Origin: Alphaproteobacteria bacterium
GTDB lineage: Bacteria > Pseudomonadota > Alphaproteobacteria > CBDDJK01
Reading direction: 5' to 3'
Assembly (NCBI GenBank): GCA_965229605.1
Contig: OZ245892.1
Coordinates: 1,911,238 to 1,975,237, forward strand
DNA: 64,000 nucleotides
The position numbers and the translations under genes are program-made. Under the pieces are notes generated by a model. That model was given only the letters and a program-made list of their open reading frames with translations. It was not told the origin of the DNA and ran no database searches. Shown in pieces: positions 1 to 9,305 of this stretch. How positions within the stretch are numbered: the stretch's first letter is position 1; each line of letters begins with the position of its first letter.

Positions 1-235
1 CATGGCCTTTGCTGATCACAAAACGATCACGTTCCGGGTCAAGCGGCGTTTTAGGGTTATGGCGCAGCACGCCGCCGTAATAAAGGGCGACCATCAGTTC
101 AATCGGCGACAGGGACGATGCCACCCGGGTTTCCGGTGCCCGTTTATGGAGGGTTAAAAGCGCACGAAAGACTTCATCCGATTTTGCGCGCAACCGGGCT
201 TCAAGCCCCGGTTTTTTCCGTTGGTTTTGGTCCAT
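1..235 (-). CDS. Transketolase N-terminal-domain-like TPP-dependent enzyme (only the N-terminal ~78 aa fall in the window)
   Basis: Manual translation of the minus strand from the ATG at 235-233 gives MDQNQRKKPGLEARL...SLSPIELMVALYYGGVLRHNPKTPLDPERDRFVISKGH. This matches the split-transketolase N-terminal subunit motif (LYFGGV...DRDRFILSKGH). It runs off the window edge, so it is absent from the ORF track. Confidence 0.4.
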   Translation of the reverse strand, partial: MDQNQRKKPGLEARLRAKSDEVFRALLTLHKRAPETRVASSLSPIELMVALYYGGVLRHNPKTPLDPERDRFVISKGH

Positions 236-250
236 GGGGTCCGCCAGAGC

Positions 251-1189
251 TCAGGCGCGGGCGGCCTTTAGCCGAATAGCCTTTAGCCGAGCAAAGTCAT
301 CCCCCGCATGATGGCTGGAGCGCGTCAGTGGCGAGGCCGAGACCATGGTAAATCCTTTCCCGCGGGCGACCGAGGCCAGGTCTTCAAATTCTTCAGGGGT
401 GACAAAACGCTCAACCGGCGCATGGCGCGGACTTGGGGCCAGATATTGACCAATGGTTAAAAAATCAACCCCGGCCTGAATAAGGTCATCCATCACTTGC
501 AGGATTTCCAGCCGTTCTTCGCCAAGCCCGACCATCAGGCCTGATTTCGTGAAGATATCGGGTTGTTTCTCCCGCGCCTGGCGCAGCAGATAGAGCGAGG
601 TAAAATAGCGTGACCCGGGTTGGATAGTCGGATAAAGGCGCGGCACGGTTTCCAGATTATGATTGAAGACGTCCGGTCCGGCTTCCAGCACATCATCCAA
701 AGCTCCCGGCTTGTCACGAAAATCGGGGGTCAGGACTTCGATGGTTGTTGCCGGGGCGCGTTCGCGGATGGCTGTGATGGTCCTGGCAAAATGCCGCGCC
801 CCGCCGTCTTCCAGATCATCCCGGTCGACCGAGGTGATCACGGCATGAGACAGATTGAGCTTTGCAACAGCTTCCGCCACCCGTTCTGGTTCGTTTTCAT
901 CAAGCTGCCCCGGTTTGCCGGTTGCGACATTGCAAAAGGCGCAGGCCCGGGTGCAGATCGCGCCCAGAATCATAAAGGTCGCATGACGCTTTGCCCAGCA
1001 TTCGCCGATATTTGGACAGCCTGCTTCTTCGCAGACGGTTGATAGCCGATGCTGGCGCACAAGGTCGCGGGTTTTGGCATATTCTGGAGACAGCGGGGCC
1101 TTGACCCGAATCCATGATGGTTTGGTTTTTATTTCCTGAATCGGGCGATTGCGCTTTTCAGGATGCCGGAGCCGCCCGTCCATATCCAC
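251..1189 (-). CDS. lipA: Lipoyl synthase
   Basis: 312 aa with both cysteine clusters, [13 protein letters not shown] and the radical-SAM [10 protein letters not shown]. Typical length. Confidence 0.9.
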   Translation of the reverse strand: MDMDGRLRHPEKRNRPIQEIKTKPSWIRVKAPLSPEYAKTRDLVRQHRLSTVCEEAGCPNIGECWAKRHATFMILGAICTRACAFCNVATGKPGQLDENEPERVAEAVAKLNLSHAVITSVDRDDLEDGGARHFARTITAIRERAPATTIEVLTPDFRDKPGALDDVLEAGPDVFNHNLETVPRLYPTIQPGSRYFTSLYLLRQAREKQPDIFTKSGLMVGLGEERLEILQVMDDLIQAGVDFLTIGQYLAPSPRHAPVERFVTPEEFEDLASVARGKGFTMVSASPLTRSSHHAGDDFARLKAIRLKAARA

Positions 1190-1242
1190 CTTTATTGAGT
1201 TAACATGACCAACTTTATGCGTGTTTTCTTTATAGAAAGCGG

Positions 1243-1443
1243 TTAGCGGCCGGTCAAGGTTTCTGGGGTCAAGGTTTCTGGGGTCAAGGTTTCTGGGGTC
1301 AAGGTTTCTGGGCTCAAGGTTTCTAACTGCTCAACGGTGCGCCGTCTGGCCCGTCTTTCGGCCCAGCAAAAGGCGATCAGGGCAAAGAGGGCGGCGAATG
1401 TGACCGCGTAGGCACCCCAGATATAAAACCCGTGGTCTGGCAT
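1243..1443 (-). CDS. ccmD: Heme exporter protein CcmD with a C-terminal (PETLT)n pentapeptide repeat tail
   Basis: 66 aa with a single TM helix ([20 protein letters not shown]), lying immediately downstream of ccmC. The C-terminus is [21 protein letters not shown]. Confidence 0.7.
   Translation of the reverse strand: MPDHGFYIWGAYAVTFAALFALIAFCWAERRARRRTVEQLETLSPETLTPETLTPETLTPETLTGR
1252..1324. repeat. 15-bp tandem repeat ggtcaaggtttctgg, four perfect copies plus one imperfect, inside the ccmD 3' coding region
   Basis: Read directly from the sequence: copies at 1252-1266, 1267-1281, 1282-1296 and 1297-1311, and a degenerate copy at 1312-1324. Confidence 0.9.
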
Positions 1444-1454
1444 GATGAGTCCTG

Positions 1455-2213
1455 TTAGGCCAGGCGTTGCAGGGTATAGACACGGGCGGCGAGCATCAAG
1501 CTGCGCACGCGGACGATGACCAGCACGAGGAATAGCAGCATATGGGCGGCGATCATGACCAGCAGCGGGGTCAGCATGGAGGCATCAAGCGAGGGTCCAT
1601 CCATACGGAACAGGCTGGCTGGCTGGTGGAGGGTTGCCCACCAATCGACGGAGAATTTGATGATTGGGAGGTTGATTGTGCCGATGATGGCGAGGATAGC
1701 GGCGGGTTTTGCGCCGCGTCCAGGTTCTTCGAATCCGTTTGCGAGTCCGATATAGCCGAGATAGAGGAAGAACAGGATGAGCATGGAGGTGAGGCGCGCA
1801 TCCCAGACCCAGAAGGTGCCCCACATTGGCTTGCCCCACAGGGCCCCGGTGATGAGGCAGATGAGGCAGAATGTTGCGCCGATGGGGGCGGCGGCCCGGG
1901 CGATGAGGTCGCCGAGGGGATGGCGAAAGACGAGAAATGAAATACTTCCGGCTGCCATGACGCCGTAGGCAAGCAGGGCCATATAGGCGGCTGGCACATG
2001 AATATACATGATGCGGACGGTTTCGCCTTGCTGGTAGTCGGGCGGGGAGAGGGAGAGGGAAATCACCAGCCCGGCAGCCCAGGATATGGCTGTTGCGATG
2101 ATCAACAGAGGCAAGAGCCGTTCGGCGACAGGCAGGAAGCGACCGGGCGCGGCGAGTGTTTGCCAATTACGACCAGATATATTGAGACCGGACAAGCTGA
2201 TGTTCATGATCAA
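1455..2213 (-). CDS. ccmC: Heme exporter protein CcmC
   Basis: 252 aa polytopic membrane protein with the WGKPMWGTFWVWDARLTS (WGxxWxWD) signature. Its start overlaps the tatC stop by 4 bp. Confidence 0.85.
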   Translation of the reverse strand: MIMNISLSGLNISGRNWQTLAAPGRFLPVAERLLPLLIIATAISWAAGLVISLSLSPPDYQQGETVRIMYIHVPAAYMALLAYGVMAAGSISFLVFRHPLGDLIARAAAPIGATFCLICLITGALWGKPMWGTFWVWDARLTSMLILFFLYLGYIGLANGFEEPGRGAKPAAILAIIGTINLPIIKFSVDWWATLHQPASLFRMDGPSLDASMLTPLLVMIAAHMLLFLVLVIVRVRSLMLAARVYTLQRLA

Positions 2214-3199
2214 TAGGCGTCTTTTGCGCGGGTTTTTTCGATCAGTTGCCCGGCCCAGATCGAGATTTCATAGAGAAGGATGATGGGCAAGGCGAGGCCA
2301 ATCTGGCTGAGCGGGTCGGGCGGGGTGAGGATAGCGGCAGCAACAAAGGCCAGCAGGATGGCATATTTGCGTTTGGCTTTCAGCCCGTCGGAGGAGGCAA
2401 TCCCGACCCGCACCAGCAGGGTTAAAAGGACTGGCAGTTCAAAACACAGGCCAAAGGCGAAGATCAGCTGCATGATCAGCGACAGATATTCGCTGACTTT
2501 GGCTTCGAGTTCGATGCGTGGTCCGTCGATAGACCCCAGCTGTTCAAAGCCAAGGAAAAATTCAATCGCGACCGGCATGACGATATAATAGACAAAGGCC
2601 CCGCCCAGAAAGAACAGGGCCGGGGTGGCGATTAAAAAGGGCAGGAAGGCCCGGCGTTCGTTGTTATAAAGGCCGGGGGCAACAAACATCCATATTTGCG
2701 CAGACAGGATGGGGAATCCCAGAAAGAGGGCCGAAAAGAAGGCGACTTTTACCTGGGTAAAAAATTGTTCGTGCAAGGCGGTAAAGATCATGCGCCGCCC
2801 GGTTTCGCCTTCCCAGGCGGTGGTCAGCGGTGCCGCCAGGAAGTCGTAAATCGGCTGGGCAAAGAAGAAGGAAACGATAAAGCCGACCAGAAGGGCGATC
2901 AGCGATTTGATCAGCCGCTGACGCAGTTCGGCCAGATGGCTGACCAGCGGCGCGCGGCTGGCTTCAACATTATCTTCATCGCGCGTATTTTCTTTTTTGT
3001 CTTGTTCGCTTTGATGTTCAGCTGGGTCCGGTTTTGCAGAATCGGCTTGCGTATCCGCTTCGGCGGCGTCTTTTTGTGTTGCTGGCTTTTGTGTTGCGGG
3101 AAGATCATGGCTGGCATCTTCGCCTGAATCCGGCAAAGATTCTTCAGGCGATTCTTCAGGCGTCTCTTCAGGAGGAGGGTCTTTGGGATCACTCATCAA
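2210..3199 (-). CDS. tatC: Twin-arginine translocase subunit TatC, with an ~85-aa acidic/Pro-rich N-terminal extension
   Basis: Core PLVSHLAELRQRLIKSLIALLVGF matches the TatC N-terminal motif and is followed by six TM segments. There is no internal Met before the core, so the true start may be a non-ATG codon further downstream. Confidence 0.8.
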   Translation of the reverse strand: MMSDPKDPPPEETPEESPEESLPDSGEDASHDLPATQKPATQKDAAEADTQADSAKPDPAEHQSEQDKKENTRDEDNVEASRAPLVSHLAELRQRLIKSLIALLVGFIVSFFFAQPIYDFLAAPLTTAWEGETGRRMIFTALHEQFFTQVKVAFFSALFLGFPILSAQIWMFVAPGLYNNERRAFLPFLIATPALFFLGGAFVYYIVMPVAIEFFLGFEQLGSIDGPRIELEAKVSEYLSLIMQLIFAFGLCFELPVLLTLLVRVGIASSDGLKAKRKYAILLAFVAAAILTPPDPLSQIGLALPIILLYEISIWAGQLIEKTRAKDAY

Positions 3200-3231
3200 A
3201 ATGATTCACTAAAATAGTTCACCAACATAGC

Positions 3232-3666
3232 TCACTTTGGCGGTTTTTTATCGTCTGATCTGGAATCAACTTTTGGCGTATTATCCAAGGGCTTATTATC
3301 CCGGGGCGTATTATCTAGCACAGTGGTATCAATCCGCGCCGATTCCTGCTTTAACGCCCCCGCAACCCGCTGCAAATCATCGCCCGTTTCTTCAATATCC
3401 TTCTTGATATCCTTGTCCAGACCAAACTGATCCAGGATTTTGTCCGGGTTGTCCTTGACCTCTTTTATTTCCTTGCGGATGTCAGCAAGATCAGACTCGC
3501 GGGCGATATCTTCCATCGAATTTTGAAAATCACCCGCCATCGTGCGGACTTTGCGAATAAGCCCAAACATATTGCGCATGGCACGGGGCAACTCATTGGG
3601 CCCGATCACTAAAAGCGCAATCACGCCCAAAACCAGTAATTCCCACCCGCCGATGTCCAGCATCAA
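3232..3666 (-). CDS. tatB: Twin-arginine translocase subunit TatB
   Basis: MMLDIGGWELLVLGVIALLVIGPNELP N-terminus with an amphipathic helix and a hydrophilic tail. Confidence 0.8.
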   Translation of the reverse strand: MMLDIGGWELLVLGVIALLVIGPNELPRAMRNMFGLIRKVRTMAGDFQNSMEDIARESDLADIRKEIKEVKDNPDKILDQFGLDKDIKKDIEETGDDLQRVAGALKQESARIDTTVLDNTPRDNKPLDNTPKVDSRSDDKKPPK

Positions 3667-3747
3667 TCAAACCTGAATTTCAATAAAGAACAAACTGCCA
3701 ATCAGGAAACGTGCTGGCCCAAAGATCAGCACCTCCCGGACAAGCAG

Positions 3748-3951
3748 CTAGTTCTTCTTGGAATCACCATTGTCGTCTTCAATTTTGGGGGGATCGCCCT
3801 CGCCATCCTTGTCGTCTTTCATGTTCCGCTTGAAATCACGAAGACCCTTGCCAAAATCGCCCATCAGACCCGCAATCTTGCCGCGCCCCCCAAAAAGAAC
3901 CAGCACAACCACAAGCACAATAACCCAATGCCATATTGAAAATGTTCCCAT
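3748..3951 (-). CDS. tatA: Twin-arginine translocase subunit TatA
   Basis: 67 aa, [44 protein letters not shown], the typical TatA/E fold. Confidence 0.85.
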   Translation of the reverse strand: MGTFSIWHWVIVLVVVLVLFGGRGKIAGLMGDFGKGLRDFKRNMKDDKDGEGDPPKIEDDNGDSKKN

Positions 3952-4025
3952 TCGACTACCTTTCCTCTGATCCTGTCGTTAATTCTTGCAACCCGGCCTT
4001 TCAGCCCGCAATTCAGCCTTATAAA

Positions 4026-6479
4026 CTAGCTACTGCGCAATTCCGAATTATGCGCCTTCTTGACCGCAGCCGCAATATTTTGTGTGATCTCCGCCAGTTC
4101 CTGATCCGTCAGCGACCGGGCAACCGGTTGAAGCGTGATTTCCAGCGCAAGAGATTTTTTGCCTTGCAATTCCTCGCCCCTATACACATCAAAAAGATGG
4201 ACATGAGTCAAGTATGTCCCGCCAGCCTCGCGCACAGTCGTTAGCAGCGATTCAGCCAAAACATCCTGATCAGCCACAAAGGCCAGGTCCCGGCGCACCG
4301 GCTGTAAATTCAAAAGCGCTAACGGCGGGCGGGTGCTGCCCTCTGTGCCAGACAATGTTGCAGTGGCTTGATAGAGCACATCCAGAAAGATTTCAAAGCC
4401 AACGGTGGCCCGGCGGATATCATGCTGCTTTAGAATTGAAGGATGAATCACCCCGAAACGGGCCAAAGTCTGATCCTGAAACAGGATAGAACCCGACTGG
4501 CCCGGATGATACCAGTCCGGGGCCTGGCTGGACGTGCGCAACTCGGCAAGCGGCAGGCCAAGCTCTGTGATAACGGCCAGAACATCGGCCTTTGCAGTTT
4601 CCCAGCTGACCTCTTCGGCTTTATGGCTCCAGTGGCGGCCTGCCCCTTGCAAGCCGCTGCGCACGCCGCTTATTTCTATCGCCTGTTTATCAGAGGCCTC
4701 ATCATGATAAACAGGCCCGGCTTCAAAGAGAGCCCCGTCCAGATAGCCCCGCGCTGCATTGCGGCCTATCGCCTGCAACAGATTGGGCAGGATGGAGGGC
4801 CGCATCTGCACAAGCTCGCTGGAGATCGGATTATGCACCCGCAGATTTTGCTGACCACCGCCAAACCGCTCCGCATCTTGCGTGGAAAGAAATGACCAGG
4901 TGACGGTTTCCAGCATCCCGCGCCCGGCCAGCAAGCGGGTTGCCTGCATCCGCTGCTGACGCGCCGGATCAGGGCGTGGGCCCGCCATGGATTCTTCTTG
5001 CCCTGTCTGTTTTTGAGGCGGCAAAGAAACAGGCTGAATATTGTCATACCCGTGAATACGCAAAATTTCTTCAATCAGACAGGCATCACTGACAATATCA
5101 ACCCGGTAGGTCGGCGGAATAACGCTAAAATGCGTATCCCCGTCCCGGGTGACTTCAAAACCAAGCCCGGTCAATATCTCTTGCGCCTGATCCGGGGCGA
5201 CCCGGGCGCCGCCATGGCTTTCCAGCCGATGAAGATCAAGGGAAATCGGTTTCTGCCGGTCTGGCAAGGTCCCGGCTGTGACCGGATATGATGTCTCCCC
5301 GCCACAAAGATCAAGAATCAACCGTGCGGCGACATCCAGCCCCCAGATCGCAGATTGCGGGTCAAGCCCGCGTTCAAACCGGTAGCGGGCATCGCTTTGC
5401 AAATTGAGAATCCGCCCGGTGGCGGCAACCGCAATCGGGTCAAAAAGGGCGACTTCAAGAAAGACCTCTTGCGTGTCCAGGGTGCAGCCGCTTTGTTCGC
5501 CGCCCATAATACCAGCCAGCGACACCGGCCCGCTTGCATCGGCAATAACCGTCATATCGGGGGCCAGCGCATAGGTCTGACCATCCAGGGCTTCCAGCGA
5601 TTCCTTCTGATCGGCAAAACGCATGGTCAGGGTAGGACCGGCAAGTTTTTGTGCATCAAACACATGAAGCGGACGGCCCAGATCAAAGGTCACAAAATTG
5701 GTGATATCGACCAGGGCCGAAATCGGGCGCAAGCCGATTGAGCGCAGCCGTTGTTGCAGCCAGGGGGGGGAAGGCCGGTTGCGCACGCCTTTAAAATGAC
5801 GCCCTGCCACATAAAAGCAGGATTGGCGGCTGCCGTCCGGCAGTTTCTTCTGATCCAGCGTCCAGCTGATAGGCGATGTATAGCTGCCGGGAACAGCGGG
5901 CGGGTCCAAAGGCCGCAGGGTGCCGCCATCAGCAGCTGCCAGATCACGGGCCACCCCGTAAACACTCAAGGCATCGGCGCGATTGGGCGTGGCTTTCATA
6001 TCAAAGACATGATCACGCACCCCGCTCCACTCCACATAACAGGCCCCAAGCGGCGCATCGGCAGGCAGGTCAATAATCCCGTCTGCATCTGATCCAAGGC
6101 CAAGTTCATCTTCGGAACAAAGCATCCCCTGGCTGGCTTCCCCGATAAACAGAGTTTCCTTGATATGCAGGTCCTTGGACGGGATATAGGCCCCGATGGG
6201 GGCCAGCACAGAGCGCATCCCCTTATAGACATTCGGGGCCCCGCAGACAATCTGGCGAGTCTTTCCATCGCCAGCATCAACCTGACAGAGGCTCAGCTTT
6301 TTCGATCCCGGATGCGGGGCCACCTCAACCAGTTCAGCAATCACCAGCGGCGCAAGATCAGCAAAAATCTCTTCAACCGATTCAACCTCCAGCCCGATAG
6401 ACGTCAGCTTTTGCTGAACAGCCTTTGGCGATAAAGCCGTGTCAATATGGGTTTGCAGCCAGTGATGGGTGAATTTCAT
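4026..6479 (-). CDS. pheT: Phenylalanine--tRNA ligase beta subunit
   Basis: 817 aa. N-terminal MKFTHHWLQTHID, B3/B4 and anticodon-binding regions, located directly downstream of pheS. Confidence 0.9.
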   Translation of the reverse strand: MKFTHHWLQTHIDTALSPKAVQQKLTSIGLEVESVEEIFADLAPLVIAELVEVAPHPGSKKLSLCQVDAGDGKTRQIVCGAPNVYKGMRSVLAPIGAYIPSKDLHIKETLFIGEASQGMLCSEDELGLGSDADGIIDLPADAPLGACYVEWSGVRDHVFDMKATPNRADALSVYGVARDLAAADGGTLRPLDPPAVPGSYTSPISWTLDQKKLPDGSRQSCFYVAGRHFKGVRNRPSPPWLQQRLRSIGLRPISALVDITNFVTFDLGRPLHVFDAQKLAGPTLTMRFADQKESLEALDGQTYALAPDMTVIADASGPVSLAGIMGGEQSGCTLDTQEVFLEVALFDPIAVAATGRILNLQSDARYRFERGLDPQSAIWGLDVAARLILDLCGGETSYPVTAGTLPDRQKPISLDLHRLESHGGARVAPDQAQEILTGLGFEVTRDGDTHFSVIPPTYRVDIVSDACLIEEILRIHGYDNIQPVSLPPQKQTGQEESMAGPRPDPARQQRMQATRLLAGRGMLETVTWSFLSTQDAERFGGGQQNLRVHNPISSELVQMRPSILPNLLQAIGRNAARGYLDGALFEAGPVYHDEASDKQAIEISGVRSGLQGAGRHWSHKAEEVSWETAKADVLAVITELGLPLAELRTSSQAPDWYHPGQSGSILFQDQTLARFGVIHPSILKQHDIRRATVGFEIFLDVLYQATATLSGTEGSTRPPLALLNLQPVRRDLAFVADQDVLAESLLTTVREAGGTYLTHVHLFDVYRGEELQGKKSLALEITLQPVARSLTDQELAEITQNIAAAVKKAHNSELRSS

Positions 6480-6494
6480 AATCTTCAGCCCTGA

Positions 6495-7592
6495 CTAACC
6501 GGCTGTCGCAAAAGGAGAAAAACCGTAATGATGCAGCCAGCGCATATCGGAGTCAAAAAATGTCCGTAAATCCGGCATCCCGTATTTAAGCATCGCCAGC
6601 CGCTCGACCCCCATACCAAAGGCAAAGCCTTGATAGATTGTCGGATCAATCCCGGCCATTTCCAGCACCTTCGGATTGACCATGCCGCAGCCCAGAATTT
6701 CCAGCCAGTCATCGCCACCGCCAATCAATAGCCCGCCTTCTCGTCTGGCATAGCCGATATCAACTTCTGCCGAAGGTTCGGTAAACGGAAAATAGCTGGG
6801 TCTAAAGCGTAGCGGCGGATTATCGAGTTCAAAAAAAGCCGCGCAGAAATCACTCAGACAGCCTTTTAAATGACCAAAATGCGTGGTCCGGTCAATCACC
6901 AGCCCTTCAACCTGATGAAACATCGGGGTATGGGTGATATCCGAATCCGACCGATAGGTCCGCCCCGGCACCACCACCCGGATTGGTGGCTTGCTGGCCT
7001 CCATCGCCCGAATCTGACCCGGACTGGTATGCGTGCGCAACACCGTTTTCCAGTCCAGCGCCCCGTTCTCATCACATAAATAAAAGGTATCATGCATCTG
7101 CCGGGCCGGATGATCAGGCGGCATATTCAACGCCGTGAAATTATGATAATCATCCTCAATGTCCGGGCCCTCAATCGTGCTAAAACCCATTTCTGCAAAA
7201 ATCGCCAGAATATCCTCGCAGGTGCGGGTGATCGGATGCAAGGCCCCTTGCGCCGCAAGCACAGGCGGTAACGTCACATCCACCGTCTCGCGGACCAGCT
7301 TTTCCTGAAGTGCTTGCTCAGAAAGTGCCGATTCCCGCGCATCCAAAGCCTGACCCAGTTCCTTCTTGACGATATTCAGGCTTTGACCAATCACTTGTCG
7401 CTCGGTGTGCGGCAGTTTGCCTATCCCGCGCATGGCCTCGCTCAACGGGCCTTTGCGCCCCAGGGCTTCAATGCGGATCGCCTCCAAAGCTTCAAGATCA
7501 CTAGCCCCGGCAATCTGCTGGTGCCAACTCTTCGCAAGATCAGAAATCTGCTGACCTATGTCAGGCGGTGAATCTGGATTCGATGGGGCCAT
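6495..7592 (-). CDS. pheS: Phenylalanine--tRNA ligase alpha subunit
   Basis: 365 aa with class II aaRS motifs (FPFTEPSAEVD, GCGMVNPKV). Confidence 0.9.
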   Translation of the reverse strand: MAPSNPDSPPDIGQQISDLAKSWHQQIAGASDLEALEAIRIEALGRKGPLSEAMRGIGKLPHTERQVIGQSLNIVKKELGQALDARESALSEQALQEKLVRETVDVTLPPVLAAQGALHPITRTCEDILAIFAEMGFSTIEGPDIEDDYHNFTALNMPPDHPARQMHDTFYLCDENGALDWKTVLRTHTSPGQIRAMEASKPPIRVVVPGRTYRSDSDITHTPMFHQVEGLVIDRTTHFGHLKGCLSDFCAAFFELDNPPLRFRPSYFPFTEPSAEVDIGYARREGGLLIGGGDDWLEILGCGMVNPKVLEMAGIDPTIYQGFAFGMGVERLAMLKYGMPDLRTFFDSDMRWLHHYGFSPFATAG

Positions 7593-7628
7593 ATATCCCC
7601 CAGTGTAAGAATAGATGGTTAAATAATT

Positions 7629-7994
7629 CTAGGCGAGGGCCGTCTTTGCCCGCTCGACCAGGCTGGCAAAACCCGTGGCATCATGAATCGCCAGATCAGA
7701 CAGCACCTTGCGATCAATCTCGATCCCCGATTTATGCAAACCATTCATAAAAACCGCATAGGTCATGGTATGGCCGCTGGCCTCCCGCACCGCCGCATTG
7801 ATCCGCTGAATCCATAAAGCACGGAAATCGCGCTTGCGCACTCGACGGTCCCGATAGGCATATTGCGCCGCCCGCTCGACCGCAGGACGCGCCGTGCGAA
7901 TCGTATTCTTGCGCCGTCCGCGATAGCCTTTGGCGAGTTTCAGTATTTTCTTGTGCCGCTTATGAGCGACAACGCCGCGCTTGACCCGGGCCAT
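7629..7994 (-). CDS. rplT: 50S ribosomal protein L20
   Basis: [30 protein letters not shown], 121 aa. Confidence 0.95.
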   Translation of the reverse strand: MARVKRGVVAHKRHKKILKLAKGYRGRRKNTIRTARPAVERAAQYAYRDRRVRKRDFRALWIQRINAAVREASGHTMTYAVFMNGLHKSGIEIDRKVLSDLAIHDATGFASLVERAKTALA

Positions 7995-8053
7995 GATAAT
8001 CCTCTTTATATAGCGTTAAGAAACGTAATCTGTGCTTATAGTGTGTTCTATTC

Positions 8054-8257
8054 TTACGCCTGACCGGGCAAGAAATTCCGCTTCACAATCACCGCATCGG
8101 AATCACATAAAACATGCGCCCCGCGATTCTGGCGCATCATCTGGCGCGGCCGCGTCGAGGTGTTATGGCGCAAATAAGCCCCATAATGTTTGACCTTGCC
8201 GGTTCCCGTGAAACGAAACCGCTTCTTGGCTGAACTTTTTGTCTTTAATTTTGGCAT
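8054..8257 (-). CDS. rpmI: 50S ribosomal protein L35
   Basis: The internal start [24 protein letters not shown] gives a 67-aa L35. The track ORF extends 19 codons further upstream, probably spuriously. Confidence 0.85.
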   Translation of the reverse strand: MPKLKTKSSAKKRFRFTGTGKVKHYGAYLRHNTSTRPRQMMRQNRGAHVLCDSDAVIVKRNFLPGQA

Positions 8258-8443
8258 AATATATCCTGCATAATCTGTAATAGAACGCTGCCCGTAGCAG
8301 AACACTGCGCGCAACAGAACACTGGACGTTCGCGCTTATACCTTTGACATCTGCTGGATGCAAGCAGGAATCTGTCTATATTTACAGCCCATTTATCGTC
8401 CGGCTTGTCTTGTGAAGTTTTTTCAGGCAAAGCGTTTAAAGAC

Positions 8444-9292
8444 ATGACCAAGCGAAAATTACTTCTGATCATTCTGGACGGCGTGCCGTTGCGCAATGCA
8501 CGCCGCCTGTTCGGCAATCTGGAAGGCTGGGTTGAAAGCGGGGAAGCTCTGACCTTCACCATGCACGCGGTGCTGCCAAGCACATCGGCCTCTTGCTATG
8601 CGTCCATCCATACCGGCGTAACCCCGCAAATACACGGCTGCACCGGCAATAATCATGTCTCCCGCTTGTCACAACCTGATATTTTCTCCGAAGTCCGCAA
8701 TGCAGGCGGGGTTACCGGCGCGGTTGCGCATAGCTTCTGGTCAGAATTCTTTTGCCGGGCCCCGTTTGATCCAGTACGCGATCTTGAATATGACGAACCC
8801 GCAAATCCTGCCATCAACCATGGTCGCTTCTATACCATGAGTGGCTATTATGCTGATAACCAGATGCTGCCTTGCGATGCAGACCTCTTTGCCCTGCTCA
8901 CCCGGCTTTGCCAGACCCGTGATTTGGACTACGGGCTGTTCCACTCCTGCACCATGGACAGTATGGGCCATGTCTTTGGACAAGACGGCCCCAATATGGA
9001 CAAAGCCTGTTTTATCCAGGACGAAATGCTGGCCCCCTATATTCAGCAATGGCGGGAAATGGGCTACGAGATTATCGTGACCTCTGATCACGGGCAGGAC
9101 GGACGCGGGCATCACGGCGGCACCGATCCTCTACAACGCGAATTTGCCCTCTATTATTTCGGAACAGCCCGCCCGGTTGAGGCAGCCGTTGATCAACCCC
9201 TCTTGCAAGTGCAGCTGGCCCCAACCATTCTCTCTTTAATGGGAATCAAGCCTCCAGCCAGCATGACGGCTAAACCTTTCTTGGCAGGGTGA
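8444..9292 (+). CDS. Alkaline-phosphatase-superfamily enzyme of the nucleotide pyrophosphatase/phosphodiesterase (NPP) type
   Basis: KLLLIILDGV...TFTMHAVLPSTSASCYASIHTGVTPQIHG...IIVTSDHG motifs typical of PF01663 metalloenzymes. Start chosen as the ATG at 8444; the track ORF begins at a TTG at 8405. Confidence 0.6.
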   Translation: MTKRKLLLIILDGVPLRNARRLFGNLEGWVESGEALTFTMHAVLPSTSASCYASIHTGVTPQIHGCTGNNHVSRLSQPDIFSEVRNAGGVTGAVAHSFWSEFFCRAPFDPVRDLEYDEPANPAINHGRFYTMSGYYADNQMLPCDADLFALLTRLCQTRDLDYGLFHSCTMDSMGHVFGQDGPNMDKACFIQDEMLAPYIQQWREMGYEIIVTSDHGQDGRGHHGGTDPLQREFALYYFGTARPVEAAVDQPLLQVQLAPTILSLMGIKPPASMTAKPFLAG

Positions 9293-9305
9293 AGAAAGGG
9301 AGCGC

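Noticed and set aside
1542-2166. Several 130-190-aa ORFs on both strands overlapping ccmC (His/Arg-rich or acidic translations)
   Set aside because: These are frame artefacts of GC-rich codon usage inside the well-supported ccmC gene.
8245-8583. Minus-strand 112-aa ORF upstream of rpmI, in the place where infC (IF3) normally sits
   Set aside because: The sequence has no IF3 similarity and largely overlaps the better-supported plus-strand NPP-family gene. It is treated as spurious, and infC is not in this window.
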